DNA of 32,000 bases, taken from the NCBI RefSeq assembly GCF_043950625.1, contig NZ_CP171007.1; one strand, 5' to 3'. This document shows, piece after piece, positions 1-9,442 of this stretch (the first letter of the stretch is position 1; every line of letters starts with the position of its first letter). The DNA comes from Alkanindiges sp. WGS2144. Lineage in GTDB: Bacteria > Pseudomonadota > Gammaproteobacteria > Pseudomonadales > Moraxellaceae. The notes beneath the pieces were generated by a model. The model saw only the letters and a program-made list of their open reading frames with translations. It did not search any database and was not told the origin of the DNA. The translations under genes were made by a program, and so were the position numbers.

Positions 1-723
1 CTGCTCCCTACCACGCAAGTACAGCAAATTACCACTAATACTGCATTAGGCGCTGGTCTACCTAGCGACCTAATGCAAAACCGGCCTGATATTAGCAGTG
101 CTGAATACCAGTTACGCGCAGCAGGCGGTAACCTTGGCGCGGCACGTGCGTTGCTCTACCCAAGTATCAGCCTGACAGGCACTGCCGGATTGGCCAGCAC
201 TGATTTATCTGATCTGTTTAAGAGCGGTTCTTTTATCTGGAGTATTGGACCACGGCTGGATCTGCCGATTTTTGATGCAGGCACACGTCGCGCCAATGTC
301 AATATTGCCGAAGTGGATCAGGAGTTGGCACTCAATAACTACGAGCGAGCTATTCAGGTGGCCTTTAGAGAAGTCAGCGACGTACTGGCTACTCGCGCTA
401 CTATTAATGATCGTCTCAGCGCACAAACCCGTCTGGTGGATGCCACAGCAACCAACTATCGCTTATCAGAAGCACGTTTTCGCGCTGGTATTGATAACTA
501 TCTGACCGTGCTGGATGCACAGCGTAGTCAATATGCTGCACAACAAGCCCTACTGTCTTTAGAGCAAGCCAATTTGAGCAGTCAAATTGACCTGTATAAA
601 GTACTAGGTGGTGGACTACAGAGCACTACTTTAGCTCAGCCTACTATTGTTCCTACCTCTGCTGACACTGTTCCGGTGTCCGCACCTACCACAATCACGA
701 CAGAGACGATTAGACAACCCTAG
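1..723 (+). CDS. Outer-membrane efflux factor (OprM/NodT/TolC-family), C-terminal part; the 5' end lies upstream of the window
   Basis: Frame 1 is open from nt 1, upstream of the listed ORF start at 73. The translation carries OMF-typical segments (LPSDLMQNRPDISSAEYQLRAA; NYLTVLDAQRSQYAAQQALLSLEQANLSSQIDLYKVLGGG). Stop TAG at 721-723 is followed by a strong hairpin. Confidence 0.85.
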   Translation: MLPTTQVQQITTNTALGAGLPSDLMQNRPDISSAEYQLRAAGGNLGAARALLYPSISLTGTAGLASTDLSDLFKSGSFIWSIGPRLDLPIFDAGTRRANVNIAEVDQELALNNYERAIQVAFREVSDVLATRATINDRLSAQTRLVDATATNYRLSEARFRAGIDNYLTVLDAQRSQYAAQQALLSLEQANLSSQIDLYKVLGGGLQSTTLAQPTIVPTSADTVPVSAPTTITTETIRQP

Positions 724-742
724 ATTATTTATCACCATCCAT

Positions 743-783
743 AAAATAAAGCCTCCTTGTTATACAAAGAGGCTTTATTTTTG
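743..783. terminator. Bidirectional rho-independent terminator between the convergent OMF gene and ectD
   Basis: A perfect 13-bp stem, aaaataaagcctc (743-755) pairing with gaggctttatttt (769-781), has a 13-nt loop. An A-run on the left and a T-run on the right mean it can terminate transcripts from either strand. Confidence 0.75.
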
Positions 784-818
784 TCTAAAAGAAATTTTAC
801 AAATATGCTCTACTGAAA

Positions 819-1727
819 TCAGCGGCACAGCAAACGCGCAGGTTGCAAGGCTGTAACTCCCTCACGGGTAGCCACAAATTCCGGACGCGGCTCCAGACCT
901 GCCAGGGGCGTACCCAGTTGGTTGTCGATACTGTTATAGACAAAAAATACATTGCTGCGCGAGTACGGCGTAATATTACTATTGGAACCGTGCATCAGGT
1001 TGCAGTCGAAAAATACCACGCTACCTGCCTTGCCAGTACAGGAATGAATTCCACCGATGTCAGCCAGATAGCGCAGCAGCATGCCATCTGGCACCCCATA
1101 TTCCTGTTTTTTAAGTGACTTCTGATAGTGGTTATCCGGCGTTTCACCCTGACAGGAAATATAATGCTGATGTGAGCCGGGAATCACCATTAATGGCCCA
1201 TTGTGTTCATCATTGTCGGTCAAAAGTACCGAACAGCTCAGTGCACGCATGGCTGGCATACCATCTTCACTATGCCAGGTTTCAAAATCAGAATGCCAGA
1301 AAAACTCCTTGCCCTGCAAACCAGGCTTGTAGTTAATGCGCGACTGATGAATATACACCTCACTACCCAGCAGCTCACGTGCTACATTAAGCACCCGTTC
1401 ATCACGCATCAGATTGGCAAATACCTGATTCAGGCGATGCACATTAAAAATGGAACGGACTTCCTGGCTTTCGCGTTCGGTAAAGGCTTCTGGCCGTTGC
1501 TGCTGGGCAAACTCCTGCCGCATGGCCTGCATTTCCTGCAATAAAAAAGCCACTTCATCCTGATTAAACAGCTGATCCATTTGTAAAAAACCATGCTGCT
1601 GATAAGCCTGTTTTTGATCACTACTCAGGCACTGTACCGGTGACGGGTCATACACCACCGGGTCTACACGCGCAACAATGGCAGCGCTGCTATTGGTACG
1701 GGTGAGGTACGGATTATTTAATTGCAT
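819..1727 (-). CDS. ectD: Ectoine hydroxylase (non-haem Fe(II)/2-oxoglutarate dioxygenase)
   Basis: The 302-aa product contains the ectoine-hydroxylase signature FFWHSDFETWHSEDGMP. ATG at 1727 is preceded by AGGAGG (complement of about 1736-1741) directly after the ectC stop. It is the last gene of an ectABCD array. Confidence 0.93.
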   Translation of the reverse strand: MQLNNPYLTRTNSSAAIVARVDPVVYDPSPVQCLSSDQKQAYQQHGFLQMDQLFNQDEVAFLLQEMQAMRQEFAQQQRPEAFTERESQEVRSIFNVHRLNQVFANLMRDERVLNVARELLGSEVYIHQSRINYKPGLQGKEFFWHSDFETWHSEDGMPAMRALSCSVLLTDNDEHNGPLMVIPGSHQHYISCQGETPDNHYQKSLKKQEYGVPDGMLLRYLADIGGIHSCTGKAGSVVFFDCNLMHGSNSNITPYSRSNVFFVYNSIDNQLGTPLAGLEPRPEFVATREGVTALQPARLLCR

Positions 1728-1741
1728 AACTTGTGACCTCC

Positions 1742-3495
<1,754 letters not shown>

Positions 3496-3554
3496 CTAGA
3501 GATTAAAATCAATCCCGCTGACTAAGCCAACGGTTCAATACAAAAATTAAAGTC

Positions 3555-4157
3555 TTACCACGACCCTAAGCGATATAAATCTTCTGCTTCATGTACCAAA
3601 TGGTCTGCCTGCGCATGAACTGGCTGCAACTCCTGGCTGGATAAGCATGTAAAGCGCTGGATGTCTACTCCTTGACGCTGAGCAAAGCGGCTAAACAAGC
3701 GCTGGGATGCCAGATTTCCAGGAGAAATCGTGGTTTCTAAAAAGTGTAATTTTTTGGGTGCCATGCAGTGCTGCTGCACATGGTCAAGTAAGGCCAGCCC
3801 GAGTCCTGTACCTTGTTGCTCAGGTGCAACCGCAACCTGCCATAAAAAATAAGTGTCGGGTTGTTCAGGCGGAATATAGCCAGTCACGGCACCACAGATT
3901 TTTTGATTGGCGACTGCCACAAAGCAGGTAGAAGAATGATGCAAGGCCAGCAAGGCATAGGCATAAAGAGAGTTAGGATCTAGAGGAGGGCAACGAACAA
4001 TTAAATCATGTAGCAAGCGTGCGTCGATACGTTGCAGCGCCCGAATCTGCCGGTTTTTAACAGGTTCATCAGTGCCGGCAGGAACAATAACTGATGAATC
4101 AATGACAGGTGTTTCCACGTTATCCTCTTGTTTTAAAGTGGCTAGTCGGCATAACAC
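3555..4157 (-). CDS. ectA: L-2,4-diaminobutyrate acetyltransferase (GNAT); true start probably GTG at 4118
   Basis: The product has a GNAT fold with the acetyl-CoA motif QQGTGLGLALL and is the first gene of the ect array. The ORF-track start (GTG 4157) has no SD. An in-frame GTG at 4118 is preceded by AAGAGGA (complement of 4123-4129), giving 187 aa, a typical EctA length. Confidence 0.85.
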   Translation of the reverse strand: MLCRLATLKQEDNVETPVIDSSVIVPAGTDEPVKNRQIRALQRIDARLLHDLIVRCPPLDPNSLYAYALLALHHSSTCFVAVANQKICGAVTGYIPPEQPDTYFLWQVAVAPEQQGTGLGLALLDHVQQHCMAPKKLHFLETTISPGNLASQRLFSRFAQRQGVDIQRFTCLSSQELQPVHAQADHLVHEAEDLYRLGSW

Positions 4158-4743
4158 ACCAACTGCAACTCATGGATAGACAGTGGAACCAAGATTATGA
4201 AACAGGCAAATATGGCATTGAGCCGGGTACAACAATTAACTCCAGTAACCCATTAATAAAACTCACAAAAGTGACCTTCACTACTCAAGCTGCACGACTT
4301 GCTTCGTGTTCATCCTGATCCCTTAAAGGTGGAAAAGTATAGGAAAGGTATGCTTCTTAATCAAATTAAGTGAACTAAAAGGCCACCAATATAAAAGATA
4401 TTAATAAAAGTTTACTTTTTAATCGCCAGTAATATGAGTTACTTAGCAAAAAATGTACTTTTAATGTAAACCTATTTTAAAAACAGCGGTAAAACACACT
4501 TATTCTAGTTTTGAACAATGTTCCTGACCGTAAATTATTAGTTTTAATATTGCAAAATGGCTAAGTAAACCAGCGCACACAACAATAAATATAGAAATTT
4601 GTCGTCTTTTGTCAATAAACACTGCCATTGTTGTCAAGCCAGTCATCTTATTGAAAGTCATAATAGATGGATTGACTATCCAATGACCTGTTAATCATTT
4701 AAGTTAATGTAACAGGACAGTAATTTGATCAGGAGCAGGGTGT
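4158..4743. promoter_or_regulatory. Long AT-rich divergent intergenic control region between ectA (-) and the flavoenzyme operon (+)
   Basis: There are 586 bp with no credible ORF. My hand count gives 16-19 G+C per 60 nt for 4381-4620 (about 27-32% GC against about 48% in flanking genes). It contains phased TTGTC repeats (4599, 4609, 4631) and a 7-bp inverted repeat, cctgtta...taacagg (4687-4693 / 4710-4716). The promoters themselves could not be pinned down. Confidence 0.45.
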
Positions 4744-6354
4744 ATGCGACGCTGGAATGGCTGGGGTGATGAGAACAACAATTTTCCCCTACGCAACAAT
4801 GGACTTAAATATATTGCCTCAAAAATTGGTAAAGGTGTGATTTTACCGGATGCCAATCTGGATCAGGTATTGGCTCAGGTGCCTGCCAGCCGTTTGCCGC
4901 AACACCCTCTGGTCAGTACAGATGCTGAAATACGGGTTCGCCATGCACGGGGTCAAAGCCTGCCCGACTGGTATGCCATGCGCTCCGGTGAGTTTAAGAT
5001 ATTTCCTGATGGCGTAGCACAGCCTGAAACCAGTGAACAGGTACAACAATTACTGCAGTGGGCAATACAAAATAATGTTCAGGTGATTCCCTATGGTGGT
5101 GGCACGTCGGTTGCAGGTCATATTACTCCGCAGGCTTCCAGCCAGCCGATTTTAACTCTGTCTCTAGGGCGCATGAACAAACTCATCAGTATTGATGAAA
5201 CCAGCCAGATTGCCCGCTTTGGTGCCGGTACGCCTGGTCCGGAACTTGAGCAGCAACTGGCTGAGCATGGTTTTGTGCTAGGACATTTTCCGCAGTCTTT
5301 TGAACTGTCAACAGTTGGTGGCTGGGTGGCAAGCCGCTCATCCGGTCAACAGTCCATCCGTTATGGTCGCATTGAACAAATGTTTGCTGGTGGACGGATT
5401 GAAACACCACGCGGCACTTTGAAGATCCCCACTATTCCAGCCTCCTCTGCCGGGCCGGATATGCGTGAAATTTTTATGGGCACCGAAGGCCGCGCTGGAA
5501 TTATTACTGAGGTTGACGTACGCATTCAGCGCCTGCCAGAACATGAATCCTTTCATGTGGCCTTTTTGCCGGACTGGGAGTCGGCATTAAATCTGGTACG
5601 CGAGTTGGTGCAAAACAAGGTGCCATTATCCTTGCTGCGTTTATCCAACCCTGAAGAAACTCGTACGCATTTATTGCTGGGTGCCGATGCTTTGGCTGTA
5701 AAATGGCTCAACCGCTATGCGTCCCTGCGCGGTAGTCCGGATGGCAAATGTATGCTGACTTTTGGCACCACAGGCAGTAAAACCCAGGCCAAATTTGCCT
5801 TACAGGAAACCAAGCGTTATATCAAGCAGGCGGGTGGCATGTATGCCGGCACCTATATGGGCAAAAAATGGGAGCATTCGCGTTTTCGTTCACCATATTT
5901 AAGGCATGGTTTCTGGGAGCATGGCTATTCCATTGATACGCTGGAAACCTGCGTCAACTGGAGCAATGTGACCCCTGCCATGCAGGCCATTGAACAGGCC
6001 ATTGCTAACAATGCTGGTGAAGGTGAAAAAGTACATGTGTTTAGCCATTTGTCGCATATTTACGGACAAGGCTCCAGCATTTACACGACGTATTTTTTCC
6101 GCAATTCAGCCAGTTATGAGCAAAACATGACACGCTGGCAAGCCATGAAAAAAGCCGCCAGTGATACTATTATCAACATGGGCGGCACCATTAGCCACCA
6201 GCATGGTGTGGGCCGTGACCATAAGCCGTGGCTGCCACTGGAAAAAGGCGAACTTGCCATGCAAACGCTTGGACAGGTTGTGCAGTTTTTTGATGAAAAA
6301 CAATTGCTGAATCCAGGTTGTCTGGCTGATTTTGATCAAGTTAATTCGCAATAA
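4744..6354 (+). CDS. FAD-linked oxidase of the VAO/PCMH superfamily, alkyl-dihydroxyacetonephosphate-synthase (AGPS)-like
   Basis: The 536-aa product has the N-terminal RRWNGWGDE motif typical of AGPS-like proteins, an FAD-binding segment (VIPYGGGTSVAGH), and a C-terminal ISHQHGVGRDH corresponding to the AGPS histidine loop. GGAGCAGGG precedes the ATG. Confidence 0.85.
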   Translation: MRRWNGWGDENNNFPLRNNGLKYIASKIGKGVILPDANLDQVLAQVPASRLPQHPLVSTDAEIRVRHARGQSLPDWYAMRSGEFKIFPDGVAQPETSEQVQQLLQWAIQNNVQVIPYGGGTSVAGHITPQASSQPILTLSLGRMNKLISIDETSQIARFGAGTPGPELEQQLAEHGFVLGHFPQSFELSTVGGWVASRSSGQQSIRYGRIEQMFAGGRIETPRGTLKIPTIPASSAGPDMREIFMGTEGRAGIITEVDVRIQRLPEHESFHVAFLPDWESALNLVRELVQNKVPLSLLRLSNPEETRTHLLLGADALAVKWLNRYASLRGSPDGKCMLTFGTTGSKTQAKFALQETKRYIKQAGGMYAGTYMGKKWEHSRFRSPYLRHGFWEHGYSIDTLETCVNWSNVTPAMQAIEQAIANNAGEGEKVHVFSHLSHIYGQGSSIYTTYFFRNSASYEQNMTRWQAMKKAASDTIINMGGTISHQHGVGRDHKPWLPLEKGELAMQTLGQVVQFFDEKQLLNPGCLADFDQVNSQ

Positions 6355-6373
6355 TTTAAAAAGGGAAAATAAT

Positions 6374-7861
6374 ATGCTGGGACAACGCGCACCATTACAG
6401 GATTTAGCCAATACCTCATGGGATGCCGTGGTGATTGGTGGCGGCATTACCGGTGCAGGTATTCTGCTGGAAGCCGCACGTCGTGGCTTAAAGGTGTTAC
6501 TGCTGGAGCAGCAGGATTTTTCCTGGGGAACATCCAGCCGTTCATCCAAAATGGTACATGGTGGCCTGCGCTATATTGCCCAGGGCGATATTAAACTGAC
6601 CCACCATGCCTTGCAGGAACGTGAGCGTTTATTGACTGAATTGCCTGATCTGGTGGTGCGCATGTCCTACGTTTTCCCAATTCGGCAAGGCAAGTTTCCA
6701 GGCCGGATTGCCATGCAGGTCGTACTTACGGCCTATGACAAACTGGCTGGTATTAAGGATCATGAATGGCTCAGTGCCGACAAAGTTCTTAAGCTGTATC
6801 CCAAGCTGAATGATCATCGCCTAAAAGGTGGCATGCGCTATACCGACGCTCTGACTGACGATAGCCGTTTGGTGATTCGGGTATTGCAGGAAGGATGTTT
6901 GGAAGGTGGCATTGCGCGTAATTACAGTGAAGTGACGTCAATCCAGCATACTAGCAACGGTAATACGCTACAGGTGCTGGATCGCGTGACTCAGCAAAGC
7001 GTGCAAATTCAGGCAAAACAGGTGTTTAATGCAACTGGATTGTGGGCCGATCGTTTATCCGGTACGCCACCAAAAGTACGTCCACAACGCGGCAGCCATT
7101 TGTTTATTCCACAGCATCGCCTACCCGTCACTGATTGTTTAACTATTATGCATCCGGACGATAACCGACCTGTGTTTGTGTTCCCATGGAAAGGCCAAAC
7201 CTGTATTGGCACGACTGATCTGGATCACCAGTTTGACACCCGCGAAGAAGCGTTTTGTACCACTGAAGAAGTCTGTTACCTGCTTAAGGTTGCCAATACT
7301 GAATTTGAAGATTTAAAGCTGCAACCCGAAGATATTATTTCTACCATGGCGGGTGTACGTCCGATTATTGCGTCCGGTAGTGGCAAAGACCCTTCCAAGG
7401 AAAGACGCGATCATCTGGTGTGGCAGTCCAATGGCATAACATCAGTGTCTGGTGGCAAGCTCACTACCTTTAGGCACATTGCGCTGGATGCCCTTAAAGC
7501 TGCTGGGTTAATTAATGATAAAGAGCATCAAAAAGCCATTGCTGGCAAAAATATGCGCTGTTTTAACCATCCGGTTCATAATCCACATGCTTTAAATCAT
7601 CCCCTAAAGGCTGTGGCTGAAGGTGCCATCTTGCAGGAACAGGTAAAATGGATTTTACAGCATGAAATGGTTGAACACCTGGATGACCTGATGCTCAGAC
7701 GCTTGCGAGCAGGCAATATGCAAGCAGATGGCGGCAAGCATTTAATGGATATCATTAAACCCCTATGCCAGCAAATCCTGCATTGGGATGACAGCCGCTG
7801 GCAGCAGGAATTGGAACGTTACCAGCATATTTTGCAGCATTTTTATCATGCCGGCCTGTAA
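6374..7861 (+). CDS. FAD-dependent glycerol-3-phosphate dehydrogenase/oxidase-like enzyme (GlpD family)
   Basis: The product has a dinucleotide-binding N-terminus (WDAVVIGGGITGAGILLEAARRGLKVLLLEQQDFSWGTSSRSSKMVHGGLRY). I chose ATG 6374, which has AAGGGA 8 nt upstream and lies 19 nt after the upstream stop. The track start at 6332 would overlap the previous CDS by 23 nt. Confidence 0.85.
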   Translation: MLGQRAPLQDLANTSWDAVVIGGGITGAGILLEAARRGLKVLLLEQQDFSWGTSSRSSKMVHGGLRYIAQGDIKLTHHALQERERLLTELPDLVVRMSYVFPIRQGKFPGRIAMQVVLTAYDKLAGIKDHEWLSADKVLKLYPKLNDHRLKGGMRYTDALTDDSRLVIRVLQEGCLEGGIARNYSEVTSIQHTSNGNTLQVLDRVTQQSVQIQAKQVFNATGLWADRLSGTPPKVRPQRGSHLFIPQHRLPVTDCLTIMHPDDNRPVFVFPWKGQTCIGTTDLDHQFDTREEAFCTTEEVCYLLKVANTEFEDLKLQPEDIISTMAGVRPIIASGSGKDPSKERRDHLVWQSNGITSVSGGKLTTFRHIALDALKAAGLINDKEHQKAIAGKNMRCFNHPVHNPHALNHPLKAVAEGAILQEQVKWILQHEMVEHLDDLMLRRLRAGNMQADGGKHLMDIIKPLCQQILHWDDSRWQQELERYQHILQHFYHAGL

Positions 7862-7879
7862 TTTATTAATGGATTAATC

Positions 7880-9442
7880 ATGTCAAATCAGGATTTATTA
7901 CTGGCTATTGATCAGGGCACGCAAAGTGTGCGCGCCATGCTGTTTGATCTGGACGGCCAACTGGTTGCCAAGGCACAGCAGCATATTGAGCCATATTTTT
8001 CGGCACAGCCCAACTGGGCAGAACAAGACTGCGATTATTTCTGGCAAAACCTGTCACTGGCCTGCCAAAACCTGTGGCAACAATATCCGGCATTAAAATC
8101 ACAAGTCGTTGCCGCAGCCCTGACTTGCCAGCGGGCCAGCATGGTAAGCTTGGATAAAGACCTGCAACCGTTGCGTCCTGCTACGATCTGGCTGGATTCA
8201 CGCCGCACCGACCAATATCCAAAACTGCCATTATGGCTACAAAGTGGTATTACGCTGGCCGGTCAACAGCACATGATGTATCAGTTTCAGTCCAAGGCGG
8301 AATGCAATTGGCTGGCCGTGGATGAACCTGCCATCTGGCAAAAAACCCGTTATTTTGTGCAGCTATCAGCCTATTTGACCTTAAAGCTTACAGGGGATTT
8401 AGTCGATGCTACTTCCTCACAGGTCGGTTATGTACCGTTTGACTACAAACAGCAGCGCTGGTCAGGCAAGCACGATATTAAATGGCGTGCCTTAACCCTA
8501 AAACGGCAGCAACTGTGCAAACTGGTGCAACCTTCAGAATTACTGGGAACAATTAGTCAGGAAGCATCAAAAGCAACAGGTATTCCACAGGGCTTGCCGC
8601 TATTTGCTGCCGGTGCGGACAAAGCCTGTGAAGTACTGGCGGCGGGTGCCATCACGTCTGATGTTGGCTGTATTAGCTATGGCACTACGGCAACCATTAA
8701 TACCTGCAATGCACAATACGTAGAGCCTTTTCCCTTTGTACCAGCCTACCCGGCTGCTATCCCTCATCATTACAATTCAGAAATTATTGTGCAGCGTGGA
8801 TTCTGGATGGTGAACTGGTTTAAGCGTGAGTTTGCCGCACAGGAAACTATGCAGGCTCAAGCGCAAGGCATTGCCGCCGAAACCCTGTTTGATGACTTGC
8901 TAAACCAGACGCCAGCGGGTGCACAGGGTTTAACCTTGCAACCGTTCTGGAATCCTGGCGTGAAATTTCCCGGGCCAGAGGCCAAGGGCGCTATTATTGG
9001 CTTTGGTGATGTACACACTCGCGCCCATCTCTACCGGGCGATTATTGAAGGGATTGCTTATGCCTTGCGTCAAGGCAAGGAACAACTGGAAAAACGCAAC
9101 GGTAAACCCATTCAACGCTTAAAAGTAGCAGGTGGTGGCTCGCAAAGTGATGCCATCATGCAAATTACTGCCAATATTTTTGGGATTCCGGCAGAGCGTC
9201 CGCATACTTTTGAAACATCAGGTCTTGGTGCAGCCATTAATGCAGCAGTTGGTGCAAAACGGTTTGATAGCCATCAGTTGGCTGTTAAGGCCATGACTCA
9301 TCCAGGACAGGTCTTCACGCCGCAGCCTGAATACACCAAGCTTTATGATGCGCTTTATCAACAGGTGTATACGCAAATGTACGAGCGCTTGTCACCGCTA
9401 TATCGTTCCATTCGTAAAATTACCGGCTATCCCAAGCATTAG
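7880..9442 (+). CDS. FGGY-family carbohydrate/polyol kinase
   Basis: The 520-aa product has the FGGY N-terminal phosphate-1 motif (LLLAIDQGTQSVRAMLFD) and a C-terminal GGGSQSD motif. It starts 18 nt after the GlpD-like stop. Confidence 0.85.
   Translation: MSNQDLLLAIDQGTQSVRAMLFDLDGQLVAKAQQHIEPYFSAQPNWAEQDCDYFWQNLSLACQNLWQQYPALKSQVVAAALTCQRASMVSLDKDLQPLRPATIWLDSRRTDQYPKLPLWLQSGITLAGQQHMMYQFQSKAECNWLAVDEPAIWQKTRYFVQLSAYLTLKLTGDLVDATSSQVGYVPFDYKQQRWSGKHDIKWRALTLKRQQLCKLVQPSELLGTISQEASKATGIPQGLPLFAAGADKACEVLAAGAITSDVGCISYGTTATINTCNAQYVEPFPFVPAYPAAIPHHYNSEIIVQRGFWMVNWFKREFAAQETMQAQAQGIAAETLFDDLLNQTPAGAQGLTLQPFWNPGVKFPGPEAKGAIIGFGDVHTRAHLYRAIIEGIAYALRQGKEQLEKRNGKPIQRLKVAGGGSQSDAIMQITANIFGIPAERPHTFETSGLGAAINAAVGAKRFDSHQLAVKAMTHPGQVFTPQPEYTKLYDALYQQVYTQMYERLSPLYRSIRKITGYPKH

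Noticed and set aside
4109-4318. A 69-aa plus-strand ORF at the edge of the ect promoter region.
   Set aside because: It overlaps the 5' end of ectA on the opposite strand, has no SD, and its sequence is not protein-like. It is more likely non-coding leader or promoter DNA.
6332-6373. N-terminal extensions proposed by the ORF track: GlpD-like at 6332, thiolase at TTG 11336, MFS at TTG 15044, methyltransferase at GTG 19606 and LysR at TTG 28195.
   Set aside because: In each case a downstream ATG aligns with the conserved N-terminus of the family, usually has a better SD, and avoids overlap with the upstream gene. The extensions are non-homologous. Start sites remain unverified without experimental data.
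6106-6549. A 147-aa minus-strand ORF spanning the junction of the FAD-oxidase and GlpD-like genes. Similar long antisense ORFs occur at 12178-12522, 13070-13315, 14529-14864, 25935-26285, 30289-30726 and 30759-31145.
   Set aside because: All lie fully antisense to genes with strong, motif-supported homology. Their translations are low-complexity and Ser/Ala/Pro/Arg-rich with no recognisable motifs or SDs. These are typical shadow ORFs.
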